Part shown: positions 59,527 to 64,000 of the stretch, piece after piece
How the letters are laid out: each line of letters starts with the position of its first letter
Position numbering within the stretch: the stretch's first letter is position 1
Origin: Flavobacteriales bacterium
GTDB taxonomy: Bacteria; Bacteroidota; Bacteroidia; Flavobacteriales_F; PHOS-HE28
Reading direction: 5' to 3'
Assembly (NCBI GenBank): GCA_016715995.1
Contig: JADJXF010000018.1
Span: forward strand, 89,819 to 153,818
Length of the DNA stretch: 64,000 nt
The notes under the pieces: model-generated
Databases searched by the model: none
The model's input: only the letters and a program-made list of their open reading frames with translations
Told to the model about the DNA's origin: nothing
Made by a program: the position numbers and the translations under genes

Positions 59527-61701
59527 ATGAACAAACTGCTACTCCTATCCTGCGCTTTCGCTCCATTCACCGCGTCTGCGCTGAGCGTGGCCATTGAGGT
59601 GCTGCCCCCTACATGCAACTACGCGTCGGGTGGGGTGATGGCCTATCCGAGCGGAGGCACACCGCCCTACAGCTATCTGTGGGGCGGGGGAGAGACGACA
59701 CAAGGCTTCGGCGGCCTGCTGCCGGGCACATATTCCGTTACGGTAACCGATGCCAATAGCGATCAGGCAACGGCACAAGTCGATCTGGTCTCCGAGCCTT
59801 ATCAACTCCAAGGCATCGTTGATCTGGTACCGTGGTGCTTCGCCCCGGGCAATGCGTTCAGTGATCCCGGCTACTCGGGCATGGCGAATGTGTGGACCGT
59901 GAACGGCATGGCCACCGGGACCAGCCCTGGCGGGTTGCCGGTCTTCTACCCGAACCCGTGGGACAACGTGTACACCTACACGATCGACGACGGCAATGGC
60001 TGCTCGGGGACCATCACCGGCATGAACGGGCCGCAGATCACCAGTTGGCCGGCGCTTACGATCACAGGGATCGATCCTTCGTGCGACAATGAGGACATCG
60101 GAGCGGTGCGCGTCCAGGCGGCTGCGGATCCAGCGAACAGCTCCGGTCCATATATCACCATCTTCAGTGTGACCGGGGCGCCGTTCGCTTGGCAGGCCTA
60201 CGACCCCACCGACTCGGATCTGGATTGGGAGTTCGCGAACCTTCCGCCTGGTGACTACGGGATACACTGGTGGCTGGGCGCAACTGGCGAGAACCTCGAT
60301 CCCGGCGAGTGCGGGTACGATACCCTCTTCGTTACGGTGCCCAACTTGGGAAGCACCTGCGGGAGTATTGGTGGAACGAGCTACTTCGATGTCGATGGCG
60401 ATTGCATGCTGGATCCGAACGAAACGGGCATACCGTACTCGCCGCTGCTGGTGCAACCGGGCAACGAGCTGGCAATCACGAACGCATCAGGTCAGTACAG
60501 CTTTCCCTTGCTCAACGGGAGCTACACCCTGGCGCAAACGGACCCCACGCTCGTGCCGATCTGCCCCTTGCCTCAGCCCATCAACTTCACGGTGAGTTCC
60601 GACCTGACGACGATCGATCTTGCCAACGGCAGCACGCAACAGCTCGACCTTAGGGCTAGCATCGGCAGTGGTCTATTCCGGCCAGGCTTCACCACCAGTT
60701 ACCACCTGTTCGCGCTCAATATGTCACCGCAACTGAGCGGCCCAGTCACGATCACCCTGGAGTTGGATGCTGCATTGGATTACATATCAAGTGATCCGGT
60801 GGCAGCAACTGTCACGGGCAATACGCTCACATGGGAACTGCCTGCTTTCAATAGCTACCAGATGTTCGAGGCGCAGATCGCCGTGCAGGTGCCAGTGGGA
60901 ACTACACTGGGCATGCAGCTGATCACCACTGCCTCCGTGAGCAACACCCTGCCCGATGCCAACCCGGTGAATGATACCAGTACGGCCGCCGATGTGGTGG
61001 TAGGCAGCTACGACCCAAACGACAAGCGCGCGCAGACCAGCACACGAGCAAGTGATGCGCTCTACTTCATCGATCAGGATGAGTGGATCGACTACACCAT
61101 CCGCTTCCAGAACACCGGCACCTTCCCTGCGGAATTCGTGGTGATCACGGACACGGTCGCGCCCGAGTTGGACATGCTCACCTTCGAGCAAGGCGCGGCC
61201 TCGCATTCGTTCGCTGTGTCGTTCAAGCCCGGCCGCGTGATCGAGTGGCGCTTCGATGACATTCAATTGCCGGACAGCACCAGCGATGAGCCGGGCAGTC
61301 ATGGCTTGGTGAAGTTCCGCATGCGCCCGAACGGGCCGTTGGTGCCGGGCACGGTCATCGAGAACACCGCCAACATCTACTTCGACTTCAACGAGCCGGT
61401 GATCACCGAGCCGAGCGTGCTGGTGGCGGAGTTCAGTACGGGGGTGTCGGAGTTGATGGAAGATCCCTTGGTGCTACGACCTAATCCCGCCAGTGATTTG
61501 CTTACGGTTATAATGGGAGGCCGTGGATCCGCGGGAGGTCAGTTGCGGATCATGGCCATGGATGGCCGTGCGGTGATGCAGAAAAGGGTGGTCGGCCCGA
61601 ACATCGTGCTGGATGTCGCGCAACTCTCCTCCGGCCCCTACGTGCTCGAATACATAGAAGGATCGGGCCTACGGAAGGTCTCTCGTTTTGTGAAACAATA
61701 A
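59527..61701 (+). CDS. SprB-repeat / DUF11 / T9SS-CTD surface protein (paralog 2)
   Basis: Same architecture (GGTPPYSYLWGGGETT...GTYSVTVTD; ...IDYTIRFQNTGTFPAEFVVITDTV...). Starts 5 nt after paralog 1. Confidence 0.75.
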   Translation: MNKLLLLSCAFAPFTASALSVAIEVLPPTCNYASGGVMAYPSGGTPPYSYLWGGGETTQGFGGLLPGTYSVTVTDANSDQATAQVDLVSEPYQLQGIVDLVPWCFAPGNAFSDPGYSGMANVWTVNGMATGTSPGGLPVFYPNPWDNVYTYTIDDGNGCSGTITGMNGPQITSWPALTITGIDPSCDNEDIGAVRVQAAADPANSSGPYITIFSVTGAPFAWQAYDPTDSDLDWEFANLPPGDYGIHWWLGATGENLDPGECGYDTLFVTVPNLGSTCGSIGGTSYFDVDGDCMLDPNETGIPYSPLLVQPGNELAITNASGQYSFPLLNGSYTLAQTDPTLVPICPLPQPINFTVSSDLTTIDLANGSTQQLDLRASIGSGLFRPGFTTSYHLFALNMSPQLSGPVTITLELDAALDYISSDPVAATVTGNTLTWELPAFNSYQMFEAQIAVQVPVGTTLGMQLITTASVSNTLPDANPVNDTSTAADVVVGSYDPNDKRAQTSTRASDALYFIDQDEWIDYTIRFQNTGTFPAEFVVITDTVAPELDMLTFEQGAASHSFAVSFKPGRVIEWRFDDIQLPDSTSDEPGSHGLVKFRMRPNGPLVPGTVIENTANIYFDFNEPVITEPSVLVAEFSTGVSELMEDPLVLRPNPASDLLTVIMGGRGSAGGQLRIMAMDGRAVMQKRVVGPNIVLDVAQLSSGPYVLEYIEGSGLRKVSRFVKQ

Positions 61702-61707
61702 CCTGCC

Positions 61708-63983
61708 ATGATGAACATGCTTTCCATGCGCCCCGCCTTGGCTGGCTTGCTGTTGTTGGGTACTGAAGCATCGCACGCACTCACGGCGAACCTTCAAGTG
61801 ATCCAAACGGACATCTGCGGGCAGTCCGTTGGCATGCTGGAGGCCAGCGCTTCGGGCGGAACGGAGCCGTACCAATACGATTGGTATCGCATCGTGGGTG
61901 GTACACCCGAGGCTTATTGCCTGGATTGCGGTGTGAACATCCAAGGGTTGCCCGGCGACTTCGACTACAAGGTGGTGGTGACCGATGCCTTGGCAGCGAT
62001 GGCTGAACAGACCGTATACCTCAATGTTGACGCGATGTGGGGACCGGACTATTTGTGGGTGTTCCCATACGTGGCCGGTGAACTTCCCTATTTGAAGGTG
62101 TACGTCGGGGGTGGGGGGCAACTGGGACCTGGAAGCAACGTGCTGGTGGAAGTGACAGGAGCGGATCTGTTCGCGGAGCCGGAAGCTCAGTTCCAAGGGA
62201 TCGGTATTTGGTGGTTCCGACCCACTGCTCCTTCCGGGATGGTCACGATCACCTACACCTTCCCCGGTGGGCAATGCGTTGTTCAGGAGCCGTATAGCGT
62301 ACCGCCGCCCATAGTGGTCCCGGACATGACCGTACTGGATGTGCAGGGCTCTTGTTCCAATGCGCCAACCGGTAGTGTGACCATAGTGCTCAACAACGGG
62401 GTAGGGCAAGGGTGGTTGCGGCCGTGGCTTGGTGGCGCCTACTGGCCTGCTGAAAGTCCAATGGTTCAGATCCTTGATGGAACGACGATCGTCACACTGG
62501 AGAATTTGTACCCTGGTGTGGATTCGTTCTTCGTGTCCGGCAACCTCCTTTTCGCGTCGCCCGGTGACCAAGGCTTTCCGTATGGTTGTTATGGTTCGGT
62601 CTCGTTCACCATCCCCAACCTTGGCCCCACCTGCGGCACTGTGCAGGGTCGGGTGTTCATGGATGACAACTGGATTGCTCCTGGCAAAGTACTGAAGCCG
62701 GTGTGCCGGATGTGGTGATCGAAGTGCAGCCCGGCCCGGTCTACACGAATACGAACAATAGCGGACAGTATGATGCGGGACTATTCAACGGCAATTACAC
62801 CGCGGAACTCCTGAGTGCTGTGGTCGAGGAACATTGCATCAATGCGCCGATCCCCTTCACCATCGCCGGGAACACGAGCACGGTGAACCTCGCTTCCATT
62901 TCGCTGGTGCCGTTGGATGCGCGCATCGCGCTCTCCAGCGGTCCTGCGCGACCCGGCTTCGAGTACCATCTTGGTCTCAGTGCCCGCAACTTGACACCGG
63001 CAGCCAGCGGTGCGGTCACCATTGCCATGGACTACGACCCCGCGTTGGGCTTCATCAGTGCCGAACCACCACCAAACACCGTTTCCGGGAACACGCTCAC
63101 GTGGGATCAGCCGCAGTTCACGCCGTTCCAACAGCGGTCCATCCAGGTGCGGTTCCAAGTCCCGCCTGATGTCGGCTTGATCGGCACCGACCTGATCACC
63201 ACGGCAAGCGTCACCACGGTCAATGCGGATGCGGATCCCACGAACAACACGGCAACGATCCAACAGACCGTCACCGGCAGCTTCGACCCCAACGACAAGC
63301 TGGCCACTACGAGCACGCGCCTGAGCGATGCGCTTTACTTCATCAATGAAGACCAGTGGATCGACTACACCATCCGCTTCCAGAACACCGGCACGGATAC
63401 GGCCTTCCACGTGATAATCACCGATACACTGCCTGCAACCCTGGATCCAGCCACGCTCGAGATGGGTGCTGCGTCGCACGCATTTACATGGCAACTCAGG
63501 GATCAAGGCACCTTGAAGTTCCGGTTCTTCGACATACTCCTTCCGGACAGCAACGTGAACGAAGCGGCGAGCCATGGCTTCGTGTCCTTCCGGATTCGTC
63601 CGCGACCTCCACTGTTTCCTGGCACCGTGATCGAGAACACCGCCAACATCTACTTCGACTACAACCCGCCGGTGATCACCGAGCCGAGCGTGCTTGTGGC
63701 GGAGTTCAGTACACATGTGGACGGAGCGGAACCATCGAGTGACCTCGTGCTGATGCCGAACCCGACTGCGGACCTGATCCCCATCGTTGGTCACGTCGGC
63801 CAATGGTCAGGTGCAATTTGGCGGATCGTCGCTGCAGATGGGCGGATTGTCCTCGCTGGTCGGGGCGCGGAAGGCCGCGCGACGATCGATGTGCGGGACC
63901 TTCCATCCGCCCTGTACACACTCACACTTGTCGCTTCGGATGGAGTTCATTCCTCGCGATTCATTAAAACTGACCAGCCATGA
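61708..63983 (+). CDS. SprB-repeat / DUF11 / T9SS-CTD surface protein (paralog 3), frameshift near 62672
   Basis: ORFs 61708-62718 and 62703-63983 join at ...FMDDN|LDCSWQ... (one C short in aacc). Conserved DUF11 and CTD blocks. Confidence 0.7.
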
Positions 63984-64000
63984 ACACAACTCTCCGCTTC
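63981..64000 (+). CDS. start of a fourth paralog (3' partial, runs off window)
   Basis: ATG at 63981 (MNTTLRF...) overlapping the paralog-3 stop. Pattern matches the previous inter-paralog junctions. Confidence 0.3.

Noticed and set aside
1-64000. CRISPR array
   Set aside because: No regularly spaced 25-50-bp direct repeats. The only tandem repeat (44885-44960) is coding simple-sequence DNA inside icmF.

Overview
This window is a high-GC Bacteroidota chromosome segment. The phylum call rests on at least a dozen secreted proteins ending in T9SS/Por C-terminal sorting domains, SprB repeats, and a Bacteroidetes-type TAnnTTTG -7 promoter element. About 64 kb holds roughly 55 protein-coding genes. 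I saw no rRNA, tRNA or CRISPR array. The core backbone includes the trmD-rplS ribosomal operon tail, aroC, a histidine-utilisation pair (hutI plus a fused formiminotransferase-cyclodeaminase), pyrR-pyrB, rpsA, RNase Z, a LuxR-type response regulator, a fused isobutyryl-CoA mutase (icmF), ppx/gppA, and an abgT transporter. The right-hand end carries a tandem array of four paralogous SprB-repeat / DUF11 / T9SS-CTD surface proteins. Between about 30.3 and 43.7 kb lies a lower-GC accessory region. Its left part is an apparent plus-strand operon: a small ORF behind a Bacteroidetes promoter, then a C5 cytosine methyltransferase (dcm), then an ~890-aa protein with an N-terminal GHKL/Bergerat-fold ATPase domain and a ~500-aa uncharacterised C-terminal region, then a 247-aa unknown protein. 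A nonsense-mutated HNH endonuclease remnant sits upstream of it, and a pentapeptide-repeat/2-TM channel-like fusion and a DUF4160/DUF2442 pair sit downstream. I regard this as the best candidate for an undescribed R-M-like or defence module. The right part, flanked by two diverged copies of the last ~470 bp of icmF, encodes a WG-repeat protein, a nucleotidyltransferase-tyrosine phosphatase fusion, a small radical SAM enzyme, and a GT4 glycosyltransferase. The diverged icmF copies resemble the e14/icd integration-site signature, but no integrase is visible. At least 13 single-base frameshifts occur, several demonstrably in homopolymer runs, and they split otherwise intact genes including the essential trmD. 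They look like sequencing or assembly indels rather than real pseudogenes. Coordinates given here span the reconstructed full genes.
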